Position numbers and translations under genes: made by a program. Under the pieces are notes generated by a model. The model made no database searches. It saw only the letters and a list, made by a program, of their open reading frames with translations, and had not been told where the DNA came from. From Eledone cirrhosa (lineage: Eukaryota), in NCBI GenBank assembly GCA_964016885.1, contig OZ024740.1, forward strand, positions 78,926,001-78,990,000: a stretch of 64,000 bases of DNA, written 5' to 3'. Below are positions 63,979-64,000 of this stretch, piece after piece. How positions within the stretch are numbered: position 1 is the first letter of the stretch; every line of letters starts with the position of its first letter.

Positions 63979-64000
63979 CTGATGAAAGACTAATGTCCAA
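63979..64000 (+). ncRNA. Probable hammerhead 5' half cut by the window edge
   Basis: CTGATGAA-AGAC-TAAT-GTCC after a pyrimidine-rich tract, as at 31470-31560(-). Confidence 0.35.

Overview
AT-rich, repeat-dense animal genomic DNA. The SINE/RTE repertoire and (TA)n density suggest an octopod cephalopod (inference). The window is almost entirely intronic. Two coding exons of an HSF2BP/MEILB2 orthologue lie on the + strand (22454-22586 and 52734-52857), separated by a 30.1-kb intron; the neighbouring exons were not found. The introns hold RTE LINEs (one degenerate near full-length copy, two young 5'-truncated copies in inverted orientation around the second exon, many 3' fragments), a Naiad-type Penelope-like element with an inverted pLTR, R4/Dong-like and Tc1/mariner remnants, TTAA MITEs, tRNA-derived SINEs and microsatellites. 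The main unexplained signal is about 14 type I hammerhead ribozyme (HHR) motifs from several sequence-unrelated families. Many share a palindromic minimal stem III and an enlarged, branched stem II. Two ORF-less elements (38540-39894, young; 3996-5140, older) carry an HHR in each terminal direct repeat, i.e. retrozyme-like or non-autonomous Penelope-type units predicting about 996-nt and 886-nt RNA monomers. All folds were read by eye and no activity is demonstrated.
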